Source: an uncultured delta proteobacterium
GTDB lineage: Bacteria; Myxococcota_A; Polyangia; Polyangiales; Polyangiaceae
Length of the DNA: 64,000 nt
Reading direction: 5' to 3'
Assembly: GCA_963806225.1 (NCBI GenBank)
Contig: CAWDXG010000004.1
Location: forward strand, 3,520,001 to 3,584,000
Shown here: piece by piece, positions 52,679-62,172 of the stretch
Position numbering within the stretch: position 1 is the stretch's first letter
How the letters are laid out: every line of letters starts with the position of its first letter
The notes under the pieces: generated by a model
What the model was told of the DNA's origin: nothing
Database searches by the model: none
Seen by the model: the letters and a program-made list of their open reading frames with translations, nothing else
Made by a program: the position numbers and the translations under genes

Positions 52679-54070
52679 CTAGCGACGCCCATGGAAGCCC
52701 CCACGCGCGCCCTGGACGTGCACGGAACGCGGCGAGAAGCTGTGGAAACTGGGCGCCGAGTGGTGAACCGAGTAGGACCGATGCGGCGCCGGCCGATAGC
52801 TGCGCGATGACGAACTGCTCGACGACGAGTGCGAGTAGTGCGTCCAGCTGCGCGTCGGACGGTAGCTGCGCGTCGGACGGTAGCTGCGCGTCGGACGGTA
52901 GCTGCGCGACGGCGCGCTCCGGTACGACGGCGCGCTCCTCGCGGGGCGGCTGCTCCGCGCAGGAACGCGACCCGGCGAGACGCGCCGCGTGGCGCGCGAC
53001 GGCACGCGCACCGGTGCGGGACGCTCGCTGCGGAGCGAGCGCGAGGGAACCGCTGCTCGCTGCCCGGTGAACGCCCGGCCGCCCAACGTGTGCGAGCGCG
53101 AGGTGGCGCTGCCGCGAGCGTGCAGCGTGCGCGACTTGTCCAACCGATGCGCCCCAGTGGGACGCTGCCGCGACACCACGTGCCCGCCGCGCTGGTGGAC
53201 CCTGTACGGAGAGGGACGCGACGCGGCAACCGCTCGCGGATTGGCCGCCGTGTGGTGACGCGGCATGGCCCTCGCCGGGACGTGCGCGCGGTGCGGCGAG
53301 GGGCCGTGCCCGTGCCCATGCCAGCGCGACGTGTGGTGCGCGACGCGGTTGATCAGGCGGCGGTCGTGCACGATGTGCCGGTAGACGTGTGGATAGAAGA
53401 CGTAGTCGCTCTCGCAGAACACGTACGGCACCGGCGGCCCGAACCACAGGGTCACGGCGACGCCGTCGTACCAGCCCCAGGCCGGCGGCATCGGCGCCCA
53501 GCCGATGTAGCCGTAGTCGTCTTCCGGAACGCGCCACACCACCCACGCGTTCGCGTAGCGGCGACCCGGGATCCACGCCCAGCCGGTGCCGCTGACCCAC
53601 ACCCAGCGACCGTAGTGGAACACGACCCAACCGAACGGATAGTCGCTGACCCAGATCCAGTCGCCCGACGCCGTGAGGCCCCAATGACCACTGCTCACGT
53701 ACGGCGCAAAATCCGAGCCCACGTAGTGCGCGCTCGGCACCCAGACCAGACCGTAGGTCGGGTCCTTGACCCAGCTGCCGTACGGATCGAGTGCGGGGCG
53801 GAAATCGGTGAGCGCACCCGGATCCGTGTCCTGGTACTGCGCGCTCGCGACGGCTTTCGAGTTGGAAGACGCGTCCGCGGGCTGGGCGCCGTCCGACGGC
53901 TGGCCTTCATCCGCGGGCGCCGCGCTGTCGGACGAGCCCTGACCGACTTCCCAACCCGAGTCGTCATCAGCTGACTGCGCCCTGGCCAACGGGCCGGACG
54001 CCAGCAGCACCCCGACGGTGGCGAGGGCCACCGCCCACCTCGAGAACCTGTGGGCCATCGTGATTATCAT
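52679..54070 (-). CDS. DUF6600-like exported protein (WxP repeats) with a His/Arg/Ser-rich disordered tail
   Basis: Signal peptide; LDPYGSWV..PTYGLVWVP, FAPYVSSGHW, WVSDYPFGWVVFHYGRW, GWAWIPG, IGWAPMPP. Confidence 0.8.
   Translation of the reverse strand: MIITMAHRFSRWAVALATVGVLLASGPLARAQSADDDSGWEVGQGSSDSAAPADEGQPSDGAQPADASSNSKAVASAQYQDTDPGALTDFRPALDPYGSWVKDPTYGLVWVPSAHYVGSDFAPYVSSGHWGLTASGDWIWVSDYPFGWVVFHYGRWVWVSGTGWAWIPGRRYANAWVVWRVPEDDYGYIGWAPMPPAWGWYDGVAVTLWFGPPVPYVFCESDYVFYPHVYRHIVHDRRLINRVAHHTSRWHGHGHGPSPHRAHVPARAMPRHHTAANPRAVAASRPSPYRVHQRGGHVVSRQRPTGAHRLDKSRTLHARGSATSRSHTLGGRAFTGQRAAVPSRSLRSERPAPVRVPSRATRRVSPGRVPARSSRPARSAPSYRSAPSRSYRPTRSYRPTRSYRPTRSWTHYSHSSSSSSSSRSYRPAPHRSYSVHHSAPSFHSFSPRSVHVQGARGGFHGRR
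52846..52908. repeat. Perfect 18-bp tandem repeat x3.5 (encodes RSYRPT)
   Basis: AGCTGCGCGTCGGACGGT x3 plus a partial copy. Confidence 0.9.
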
Positions 54071-54090
54071 GCGCTTCGCTCCCTACACAG

Positions 54091-54105
54091 GCAACCGCCG
54101 TACCT
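54091..54105 (-). promoter_or_regulatory. Candidate sigma54 promoter for the DUF6600-lipoprotein operon
   Basis: AGGTACG-GCGG-TTGC (GG-N10-GC), followed by a GGGAG SD and ATG 54070. Confidence 0.55.
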
Positions 54106-54301
54106 GTTGTACGCGGCCCCGGACCGATCGGTGCCGCGGGGGCTCCGGTTTCGTGAAATCGGCGCGAATGTCCAGGTTTCCGGCGACCTGGCAGCCCCGC
54201 CACGAGCGTCCGCGCGCGCCGGACCCGGCGCGATCGAGAACTGGCGGCTGTAGCGCGTGCGACACGGGCGCCACAGCCGCGCCGCGTCGTATGCTCCGGG
54301 C

Positions 54302-55492
54302 ATGCTCGACTTCGACGAAGCGCTGGAGCGCGTGCTGGCGGGCGTGCGTCCACTGGGAACGGAACGGGTCACGCTGGGCGAGGCACAGGGACGGGTGCTG
54401 GCCGAGGCGCTGACGGCCGGCGAGCCCATCCCGGCCTTCGACTACAGCGCGATGGACGGCTACGCGGTCGCGTCGCAGGACTTCACCGGGGAAGGCCCCT
54501 GGACGCTTCCGGTGCGCGGCGAGAGCCAGACCGGCCACCCCGCGCCCGGATTCGAGCGACGTAGCGCGTGTCGCATCTTCACCGGCGCGCCGCTGCCCAC
54601 GGGCGCCGACGCGGTGGTCATGCAGGAGAACGTAGAGCGCGACGGCGACGCGGCGCGCTTCGGCGCGCGCCCGTCCGCCGGCCAACACGTGCGCCGCGCG
54701 GGGGAGGATCTGGAGAACGGCGCCGAAGCGCTGGTCCCGGGCACTCGCCTCGGACCGGGACAGCTGGGCTTGGCAGCGGCCCTCGACCGCGGCGAGCTGC
54801 TGGTCGCGCGCCGGCCCCAGGTCGGCATCCTGTGCACCGGCGACGAGCTGCGCGCACCCGGTTCGGCGCCGCGCCCCGGCAGCATCCCCGAGTCCAACGG
54901 CATCGCGCTGTCCGCGATGGTGCGCGCGGCCGGCGGCACGCCGCATCTCGCGCCGCTCACGCGCGACGACCGCGAGGCCACGCTGCGCGCGCTCGAGCAG
55001 GCCATCACCGGCAACGACGTGCTGCTCACCGTCGGCGGCGTCAGCGTCGGCGAGCACGATCTGGTGCGCCCGGCGCTCGAAGCCGCCGGCGCCGATCTCG
55101 ATTTCTGGAAGGTCGCCATCAAGCCGGGCAAACCGCTGGTGTGCGGTTCGGTCGGCAAGACGCGCGTGCTCGGCCTACCGGGCAATCCCGTCTCTGCACA
55201 GGTGACGTTCGCTCTGTTCGGCGTGCCGCTGCTGCGCGCGCTGCAGGGCGACCGGCAAGCGCTGCCACGCGCCGGGCACGCGGAGCTCACCGATCCGCTG
55301 CGTCAGAAGCCGGGTCGCCGCGGCTACTACCGCGCGCAGCTCGACGGCGCTCGCGTCACCCCGCTCCACAACCAGGCGTCCGGTGCACCCACCAGCATGG
55401 CGTGGGCCAACGCGCTCGTGATCGTCCCAGCCGACTCGACCGGCTTCGACGCTGGCGCGACGGTCGAGGTACTGCCGCTGTGGGCGCTGTAG
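54302..55492 (+). CDS. moeA: Molybdopterin molybdenumtransferase
   Basis: GRVLAE, SAMDGYA, RIFTGAPLP.GADAVVMQE, TGDEL, GGVSVGEHD, IKPGKP, LPGNPVS. Confidence 0.96.
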   Translation: MLDFDEALERVLAGVRPLGTERVTLGEAQGRVLAEALTAGEPIPAFDYSAMDGYAVASQDFTGEGPWTLPVRGESQTGHPAPGFERRSACRIFTGAPLPTGADAVVMQENVERDGDAARFGARPSAGQHVRRAGEDLENGAEALVPGTRLGPGQLGLAAALDRGELLVARRPQVGILCTGDELRAPGSAPRPGSIPESNGIALSAMVRAAGGTPHLAPLTRDDREATLRALEQAITGNDVLLTVGGVSVGEHDLVRPALEAAGADLDFWKVAIKPGKPLVCGSVGKTRVLGLPGNPVSAQVTFALFGVPLLRALQGDRQALPRAGHAELTDPLRQKPGRRGYYRAQLDGARVTPLHNQASGAPTSMAWANALVIVPADSTGFDAGATVEVLPLWAL

Positions 55493-56121
55493 AAGAGACG
55501 GGCGCGGGTCACGCTGCGCGCGGGTACGGCAACGCGCTGGTCGGCATCTTCGTCGGCGGGCAGTCGCGGCGTATGGGCGGCGCGCCGAAGGGTCTGCTGC
55601 GCGCGCCGGACAGCGACGAAACGCTCGTCGTGCGGCTCCTCGGCATCGCGCGCGAAGCGCTGCCCGGCGCGGACGTGGTGCTTGTCGGCCGGGCGGACGC
55701 CTACGCCGCGCTGGGTCTGCCGGCGCTCGCGGACTCGCCGGCCGGCATCGGCCCGCTCGGCGGACTCGCCGCACTGCTCACTCACGCCGCAGCGCGGGAT
55801 GCGAGCCAGGCCTTCGCCGTGGCCTGTGATCTGCCCTTCGTCGGTGCGAAGCTGCTCGGCCGCCTGGCTTCGGAAGCTCCGGCGGCGCCCGCCGCCGCGT
55901 TCCGGGTCGGCGGGATCTGGCAGCCTCTGTTCGCCCGCTACGAACCCCGCGCCACGCTATCCGCGACGCGCGCGGCTCTCGCCGCCGGCGATCGTTCGCT
56001 GCAGAGCGTGCTCTCACGCCTCGACGTGGTGGAGCTCGCGCTTGACGAAACGCAAAGTCGAGAGCTTGCCGACTGGGACACGCCGGAAGACCGCGCGCGC
56101 TGTGACTCCATCTGCAAGTAG
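55480..56121 (+). CDS. mobA: Molybdenum cofactor guanylyltransferase
   Basis: GIFVGGQSRRMGGAPKG, GPLGG, ACDLP, QPLFARY, DWDTPED. Probable GTG start overlapping the moeA end. Confidence 0.85.
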   Translation: MGAVEETGAGHAARGYGNALVGIFVGGQSRRMGGAPKGLLRAPDSDETLVVRLLGIAREALPGADVVLVGRADAYAALGLPALADSPAGIGPLGGLAALLTHAAARDASQAFAVACDLPFVGAKLLGRLASEAPAAPAAAFRVGGIWQPLFARYEPRATLSATRAALAAGDRSLQSVLSRLDVVELALDETQSRELADWDTPEDRARCDSICK

Positions 56122-56128
56122 CGCCCCC

Positions 56129-56569
56129 TCAGTGGTCGTGCGCAACGCAGCGCGCGTCTTCCCAGCCCACCCAGTAGGGGCCGTCGGGACCGTGCTCACG
56201 CTTCCACACGGGAACGCGCTCCTTGATGCGGTCGATGAGCGCTCGGCAGGCGCGGAAGGCCTCGCCGCGGTGGGGCGCGCTGGCCGCGCAGATAACCGCC
56301 GTGTCCCCCACTTCGAGCCGGCCCACGCGGTGCAGCACCGCGAGCCGCACACCGTCGATTTCCGACTCGATCTCCCCGGCGATGGCGCGCATCTCCTTCT
56401 TCGCCATGGGCACGTACGCCTCGTACTCGAGCAAGGTCACGGCGCGGCCGTCGTTGTGATCGCGCACCATGCCGAGGAACAGGGCGATGCCACCCGCCTC
56501 CGGGCGGCGCACCGCGGCGAGCGCCTCGTCGGCGGAGAGTGGCGCCTCGCGCACCTCGAACAACGTCAC
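56129..56569 (-). CDS. moaE: Molybdopterin synthase catalytic subunit
   Basis: GGIALFLGMVRDHN, LEYEAY, HRVGRLEVG, SAPHRGEAF, IKERVPVWKRE; GTGA overlap with the moaC stop. Confidence 0.95.
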   Translation of the reverse strand: MTLFEVREAPLSADEALAAVRRPEAGGIALFLGMVRDHNDGRAVTLLEYEAYVPMAKKEMRAIAGEIESEIDGVRLAVLHRVGRLEVGDTAVICAASAPHRGEAFRACRALIDRIKERVPVWKREHGPDGPYWVGWEDARCVAHDH

Positions 56570-57453
56570 CGCCGGTACTCCCCCGAGCGCCCGCCGGATT
56601 TCTCCACCAGCCGCGTGGGACCGATCTCCATGCCGCGGTCGAACGCCTTGAGCATGTCGTAGATGGTGAGCGCCGCAACGCTGGCCGCGGTGAGTGCCTC
56701 CATCTCGACGCCGGTGCGGTCCAGCGTCTCGACCGTGCTCCGGACGCGGACCGCGCGCGCGGACTCGATCACCTCGAGCTCGAGCGCGACGTGCGTGAGC
56801 GCGAGCGGATGGCAGAGCGGGATCAGATCGGACGTGCGCTTCGCGGCCATGATGCCGGCAACGCGCGCCGTGGCCAGCACGTCGCCTTTGGGCGTGTCGT
56901 GGAGCTGGAGGCGGCGCAGGGCGTCCGCGTTCATCGTAACGCGGCTCTCGGCCACCGCTCGCCGCTGGCTCGGTAGCTTCTGCTTCACGTCGACCATGCG
57001 CACGCCGCCCTCGGGCGCCACGTGCGTCGAGGCCGCACTGTGTCCGACGATCTCGGCATACGCCTTCTCGAGCCGCCCCGGACGTCCCCGGCCGGCGACC
57101 TTCGCGAGCACATAGCGATCGAGCGGCGTGAGCGCGGCCCAGAGCGCCGGCGGCAGAGCCCGGTCGGGCCCCAGCGCCGCTACCAGCTCGGCAGGGGGTG
57201 CCTCGTCGGGCGGATCGGCGGCAGGGTCGACGCGCGTGGCGGGCGGATCGGCGAGCGAGATAGCCAGCTGCAGCGGCTTGAGCTCCACTTCGGTGCCCGA
57301 GCCGGCTTCGACAATGCCGCGCCGTTGGGCTGCCGGCAGGCTCTGCCATGCCTCGAGCGAGAGCTTGAGCCCCGCGCGGTCGAGCGCGCGCCGCGCAGCC
57401 AGGGGCACCAGCTCGAGCCCGTCGTCCACTCCGTCGAACCGGTAGAGCTTCAC
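56566..57453 (-). CDS. moaC: Cyclic pyranopterin monophosphate synthase MoaC with an N-terminal NarM-like domain
   Basis: MoaC: MVDV, KGDVL, AGIMAAKRTSDLIPLCH, TGVEMEAL, TIYDMLKA, KSGG. About 135 extra N-terminal residues. GTG at 57453. Confidence 0.93.
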   Translation of the reverse strand: MKLYRFDGVDDGLELVPLAARRALDRAGLKLSLEAWQSLPAAQRRGIVEAGSGTEVELKPLQLAISLADPPATRVDPAADPPDEAPPAELVAALGPDRALPPALWAALTPLDRYVLAKVAGRGRPGRLEKAYAEIVGHSAASTHVAPEGGVRMVDVKQKLPSQRRAVAESRVTMNADALRRLQLHDTPKGDVLATARVAGIMAAKRTSDLIPLCHPLALTHVALELEVIESARAVRVRSTVETLDRTGVEMEALTAASVAALTIYDMLKAFDRGMEIGPTRLVEKSGGRSGEYRR

Positions 57454-57529
57454 GGGGCGGGAGCGTACCACCAACCCCCGGTCGCGCGACTTGCCAACGC
57501 GCGCCGGCCCCGCCACGCTGGCGCCGAGC

Positions 57530-58153
57530 ATGACCGAACCCCCCAGCCAGCTCCTCGTCCGGGGCCTGTTCCGTGTCTGGAGCCACGTCTACGATCGGCC
57601 GGTGTTCCAGTGGACGCTGTACTCCCGCGTCCACCGGCGACTGTTCGCGAAGGCCGAGCGGCTCGCGCCGGCGCGCATCCTCGACGTGGGCTGCGGCACG
57701 GGCGAGCTGCTGGTCGCTGCGGCGCGACGCTGGCCGGGCGCAGCGCTCTTTGGAGTCGACCTCTCGCCCGCGATGCTGGCGAAGGCCCGCGGGAAGAATT
57801 TCGGCCGTGCCGTCGAGCTCGGCCAGGGCAGCGTGTACGAGCTGCCGTTCGAGGCGGGCGCGTTCGATCTCGTCTTCAACACCATCTCGTCGCACTTCTA
57901 TCTGGACGGCGCGCGGGCGTTTGCCGAGATGGCCCGTGTGCTGGAAAAGGGCGGCACGCTGCTCCAGGCGAGCCTCACCACCGGTCCGCTCGCCTACCTG
58001 CCCGGACAGGGCGGCCGCTCCATCAGCGTCCCCGGCGCCGTGTACCGCGGGCCCGCCGAGCAGCGCCGGCTGCTCCGCGACGCCGGGTTCGACGTCGTCG
58101 AGAGCCGCTTCATCCTGCCCGGCATCTGGCTCTACCAGGGCGTGAAGCGCTAG
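57530..58153 (+). CDS. Class I SAM-dependent methyltransferase
   Basis: ILDVGCGTG, GVDLSPAML, LPFEAGAFDLV. Confidence 0.92.
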   Translation: MTEPPSQLLVRGLFRVWSHVYDRPVFQWTLYSRVHRRLFAKAERLAPARILDVGCGTGELLVAAARRWPGAALFGVDLSPAMLAKARGKNFGRAVELGQGSVYELPFEAGAFDLVFNTISSHFYLDGARAFAEMARVLEKGGTLLQASLTTGPLAYLPGQGGRSISVPGAVYRGPAEQRRLLRDAGFDVVESRFILPGIWLYQGVKR

Positions 58154-58214
58154 CCGTCCGGCAGCGGGCGAAGCGGCGAGCGCCGCTCTGGTGCTCGTAC
58201 TATGCTCCGCGGCG

Positions 58215-59594
58215 ATGCGTTCGACCGCCTTCGGCTGGGCCGCGCTGTCCGTGCTGGCCGCTGGCTGTGGTCCGCGGGGAACGGCGGCGCATCCCCCGGT
58301 GGCCGGTCTGTGCAGTGCGCGGCTGCCGGGCACCGAGCCGGCGTTCACCGAAGCGCCCGCCGTGCAGGCGCCGGAGTCGCACATCGCGGTGGACGTGGCC
58401 ATCGATACGCACCGGCTCGGACGCGAGCTGTCGCGCCACGTGCCGGTCGTGCTCGCGCAGGCAAAAGACCAAAACGTGGGCGCGCCGGGCCAGGCCACGT
58501 ATGTGGTGCGTCGCGGCAGCTTCCATTTCGGCGTCCGCGGCAACGATCTCCTGGTGGAGACGCCCATCCGCGCGCACATCGCCGTGTGCAAGCCCATCGG
58601 ACCGTTCTGCCCCGAATACGGCCACTGCAGCCCCGAGCTCGTCTCCACGGTGCGGCTACCGCTCGCTCTCGACCGCGACTACACCCTCGGCCGGAGTCGC
58701 GTGGGCGTGAGCGTGACGCGCGGCTGCGTGCTCCAGCCGATCGGCGTGGACGTGACACCCCAGCTCCGCGACATGGCGCGGCGGCAGTCCGGCGGCATCC
58801 AGCGACGCATCGACCGCTCGGTGCCGTCGCTGCGCCCGGAGGCGGAGGCCGCCTGGCAGCTGCTGGATCTGCCGATCGCGCTCGGCAGCACGCTGTGCGC
58901 GCGGGTCACACCGAGCCGCCTGGTGCAGTCGAAACCGGCGCTGTCACACGACACGCTGTCGACGCGGCTGGCCGTGTTCGGGCGGCTGGGCGTCGAGGAG
59001 CCGTGCAGCGAGCAGCACGCCGGCAAGCACCGCCCGCTGCCACCGCCGGAGCTCGACAATCAGGCGCCCAGCGACGTGCGGCTGGACGTGCCGATCCACA
59101 TGGACTGGAACGACGTGTCGGCGGACCTCAGCCGCTCGCTCGCTGGAGCGGGCGAGCCGCGCATCACCGGCGCGCGCGCTCGAGGCGCAGAGGTCGACGG
59201 TCAGGGCGTGGTCGCGCTGGCGGTGACGCTCGACGGCGCGGTGTGCGGCAACGTGTGGCTGGTAGGACAGCCGTGGTACGACGCGCAGGCGTCGCGGGTG
59301 CGGCTCCGCAACGTGCGCTACGCGCCGGGACAGCCCGACAACGTCGCCGAGCGTGCGGGCAGCGCACTGCCCGCACGCGTCGAGCAGCTCGCCCAGATCG
59401 CGCTGCCCATCGACCTCGCCCTCGGCCCGCGCTCGCTGTCCGGCCTCGTCGAGAGCCTGACGAAGAAGCGCCCGGAGGGCGTCGACGTGAAGGTCGAGGT
59501 CCAGCCCGCCGAGGTGGACTCGGTGCTGGTCGATCCCGGTGCGCTCGTGCCGGTGGCAAGCCTCAGGGGAACCGTGCGGGTGCTGGTGCAGTAA
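58215..59594 (+). CDS. Lipoprotein, DUF4403-like
   Basis: Lipobox AAGC; ESHIAVDVAID, YVVRRG, beta-rich elongated domain, AWQLLDLPI. Confidence 0.6.
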   Translation: MRSTAFGWAALSVLAAGCGPRGTAAHPPVAGLCSARLPGTEPAFTEAPAVQAPESHIAVDVAIDTHRLGRELSRHVPVVLAQAKDQNVGAPGQATYVVRRGSFHFGVRGNDLLVETPIRAHIAVCKPIGPFCPEYGHCSPELVSTVRLPLALDRDYTLGRSRVGVSVTRGCVLQPIGVDVTPQLRDMARRQSGGIQRRIDRSVPSLRPEAEAAWQLLDLPIALGSTLCARVTPSRLVQSKPALSHDTLSTRLAVFGRLGVEEPCSEQHAGKHRPLPPPELDNQAPSDVRLDVPIHMDWNDVSADLSRSLAGAGEPRITGARARGAEVDGQGVVALAVTLDGAVCGNVWLVGQPWYDAQASRVRLRNVRYAPGQPDNVAERAGSALPARVEQLAQIALPIDLALGPRSLSGLVESLTKKRPEGVDVKVEVQPAEVDSVLVDPGALVPVASLRGTVRVLVQ

Positions 59595-59609
59595 CGCCCG
59601 GGGCGGCGC

Positions 59610-60422
59610 CTACGGCGCCGCGCGGAACAGCCGCTCGAAATTCCCGGCGAGCTCGGCCTCGACGCTCTCGAGCGATTCGTTCCAGAGCTCCGCCGCGTAC
59701 TCGGCGGTGACCCGCACGTTGGCCGGCTCGTTGTCCTCGCCGCGCTCGGGGCCAAGATACGGACAGTCGGTCTCGAGCAGCACGCGGTCGCGGGGCAGCG
59801 TCTCGAGCATGCGGGTAAAGGCCTCGTTCTTGCGCGCGTTGGCCGGGATCGACAGGTAGTGGCCGTGCTCGGCGATGCGGCGGGCGAGCTTCACACGGCC
59901 GCCGAAGCAGTGCCAGTCCACGCGCTGGGCGCCCATCTCCTTCAGGATCTCGAAGCAGCGCGCCTCGCGCTTGCGGGTGTGGATGATGATCGGCTTGTCC
60001 GCTTCCATGGCGATGGTCACGAGCTGACGGAAGATCGCTTCCTGCTCTTCCCAGAACTCGCCGGGCACCCAGTAGCCGTCGAGTCCGATCTCGCCCACAG
60101 CAAATGCTTCGTCAACGTGGCTCCGGACCCACTCGACGGCTTCCTCGGCGGGCACGGGGCTGTCGTCGCCCTCTTCACGCGGGTAGTCGACGCCGGCCGC
60201 CCGCATCCCGGGCAGCACGGCGTCCACCGGGTACAGGCCGAAACCAGGGCGGACCAGCTTCGAGCGCGCGGCAAGCTCGCGCACGCGCTCGTTGTCCGCC
60301 GGGTTCAGGCCGTTCGAGATGATGGTGGTGAGCCCGGCGGCTTCGGCGCGCGCGAGCACGGCGTCCACTTCGGGCAGGAGCCGCGGGTGGGTGAGGTGAG
60401 CGTGGACGTCGAACAGGCCCAT
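59610..60422 (-). CDS. tatD: TatD family nuclease/hydrolase
   Basis: FDVHAHL, AVGEIGLD, IIHTR, WHCF, LLETDCPYL, NEPANV. Confidence 0.93.
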   Translation of the reverse strand: MGLFDVHAHLTHPRLLPEVDAVLARAEAAGLTTIISNGLNPADNERVRELAARSKLVRPGFGLYPVDAVLPGMRAAGVDYPREEGDDSPVPAEEAVEWVRSHVDEAFAVGEIGLDGYWVPGEFWEEQEAIFRQLVTIAMEADKPIIIHTRKREARCFEILKEMGAQRVDWHCFGGRVKLARRIAEHGHYLSIPANARKNEAFTRMLETLPRDRVLLETDCPYLGPERGEDNEPANVRVTAEYAAELWNESLESVEAELAGNFERLFRAAP

Positions 60423-60462
60423 GGGGCGGGCAGTGTAGCGCGCAACGTGCTGGTCTGCTCGG

Positions 60463-61107
60463 CTAGGGCGTCTGCCACTCGGCTTCGCAGTGATGCTGGT
60501 CCGAACAGCGCGCGACGACGTCCGATGGGTAGACCGGCGCGCACTCCGGGCATCCTCCGACGCCCTCGCACACCAGCGAGCTGAAGCGCGCCTCGTTGCT
60601 GATCGCGATGATGTGTACGCGGTCCAGGGCGCCGCCGCACTCGCAGCAGGACGTGGTGCGGATGCGGCAGTCGGAGTCCGAGGTGCAGGCGGTCGCGCTG
60701 TCGTCGCGTACGTCCACGACCCGGCAGTGATTCGACCTGCAGGCAGCGACCAGCGTCGGATCCGGTTCCATGTAGCAGGCGGGACAGCCGACACTCGCGC
60801 ACTTGTCCGCCACGTACGCGCTCGCGCGGTCCTGGTTGATGCCGATCGCATCGCCGCGCGTCGCCGCGCCGCACGATCCGCAGCAGCTCTCCGATCGCAC
60901 GATGCACTCCGCGCTCAGCGTGCAGTCGTCGTAACCCGCGCTGCCGCCCGTCCCCGCTGTGCCGCCCGTCCCCGCTGTGCCGCCCGTGCCCGCTGTGCCG
61001 CCCGTGCCGGCGCCACCGTCGGGTGAGCCGAGGTCCGTCTTGCCGCCGCAGGCGCTGGCTTGAACGAGGATCAGCGCTGCCAGCACTCCGACCCATCCCA
61101 CCTTCAT
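60463..61107 (-). CDS. Cys-rich lipoprotein with a Gly/Thr linker and two internal repeats
   Basis: Lipobox ASAC; two copies of C..xxC....CC..CG...AI...C..V.CP.C...A.C...HC. Confidence 0.85.
   Translation of the reverse strand: MKVGWVGVLAALILVQASACGGKTDLGSPDGGAGTGGTAGTGGTAGTGGTAGTGGSAGYDDCTLSAECIVRSESCCGSCGAATRGDAIGINQDRASAYVADKCASVGCPACYMEPDPTLVAACRSNHCRVVDVRDDSATACTSDSDCRIRTTSCCECGGALDRVHIIAISNEARFSSLVCEGVGGCPECAPVYPSDVVARCSDQHHCEAEWQTP
60942..61009. repeat. 18-bp tandem repeat encoding GTGGTA
   Basis: TGCCGCCCGT(C/G)CCCGCTG, about 3.8 copies. Confidence 0.85.
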
Positions 61108-61209
61108 GATTCCACCTCACCTTATGGTGCGTCCGGCGCGTCGAGGCGCAAGTCGCGCCCCGAGCGGCGTCAACGGTGGAGCGTGCTACCTTTGCTCCGA
61201 GGGGGAGAA

Positions 61210-62169
61210 ATGATCGAGCGCGTGCTGCTGACCGGCGCCACCGGTTTCGTGGGCGGGCATCTCCATCCGGCGCTCGTGCGGGCCGGGTTCGACGTGCTCT
61301 GTGCGAGCCGCCGGGCGGCGGAGATGACCGCGCGGGAGCCGTCGAAAAAGTGGGTCCACTTCGACGTTGAGCGCGAGGACACGCTCGCGGCCGCGCTGGA
61401 GGGCATCGACGCCGTCGTCTACCTGATCCACGCGATGGGCGAAGCGGGCGACTTCGAGGCCCGGGAGCAGGCGTCGGCAGCGCGCTTCCTCTGCGCCGCC
61501 GACCGCGCCGGCGTCGAGCGCATCGTCTACCTGGGCGGGGTCGCACCTGCCGGCGAACCCTCGCGGCACCTGCAGAGCCGCCTCCGGACCGGCGAGCTGC
61601 TGCGGGGCGGCGCGGTGCCCACCATCGAGCTGCGCGCGGGCATGATCATCGGCGCCGGGAGCGAGAGCTGGAGCATCGTTCGGGATCTGGCCGCGCGCCT
61701 GCCGTTCATGGTGCTGCCTCGCTGGCTGCAGAACCTCTCACAGCCCGTTGCCATCGACAACGTCGTCGCAGCCCTGGTTCGCGCGCTGGAGCTCGAGGGC
61801 GAAGTGCGGGGTGTGTTCGACCTGCCGGGCCCGGAGACGCTCAGCGGAGAGGAGATCCTGAAGAGGGTCTCGCGGCTGCTCGGCGTGCGCCCGTATACCC
61901 TCCGCGTTCCGGTGTTGACGCCGCGTCTGTCGAGCTACTGGCTGAAGCTCGTCACCAGCGCGGACTTCGGCATCGCACGCCAACTGGTCGAAGGGCTCAC
62001 CAGCAATCTGATCGCGAGCAACGAAGGCTTCTGGGGCTACATGCCCGATCGCACACCGATGGCGTTCGATGCGGCGGCCAGGATGGCTCTCGACGCTGAA
62101 GCCGCCGGCCTGCCCATGAAGACGCGGGCGGTGGAGTGGATGCTGCAACACATGGGCCGGGCAGGCTGA
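61210..62169 (+). CDS. NAD(P)-binding SDR/epimerase, YbjT-like
   Basis: LLTGATGFVG, YLIHAM, SRHLQSR, ELRAGMIIGAGS, LTPRLSSYW. Confidence 0.88.
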   Translation: MIERVLLTGATGFVGGHLHPALVRAGFDVLCASRRAAEMTAREPSKKWVHFDVEREDTLAAALEGIDAVVYLIHAMGEAGDFEAREQASAARFLCAADRAGVERIVYLGGVAPAGEPSRHLQSRLRTGELLRGGAVPTIELRAGMIIGAGSESWSIVRDLAARLPFMVLPRWLQNLSQPVAIDNVVAALVRALELEGEVRGVFDLPGPETLSGEEILKRVSRLLGVRPYTLRVPVLTPRLSSYWLKLVTSADFGIARQLVEGLTSNLIASNEGFWGYMPDRTPMAFDAAARMALDAEAAGLPMKTRAVEWMLQHMGRAG

Positions 62170-62172
62170 CGC

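Noticed and set aside
54568..58648. Giant MobA (517 aa) and MoaE (839 aa) fusions suggested by the ORF track
   Set aside because: The upstream parts overlap moeA and moaC in other frames; GTG starts at 55480 and 56569 give normal sizes.
52846..61009. 18-bp tandem repeats as CRISPR arrays
   Set aside because: No spacers, both are in-frame coding repeats, and there are no cas genes.
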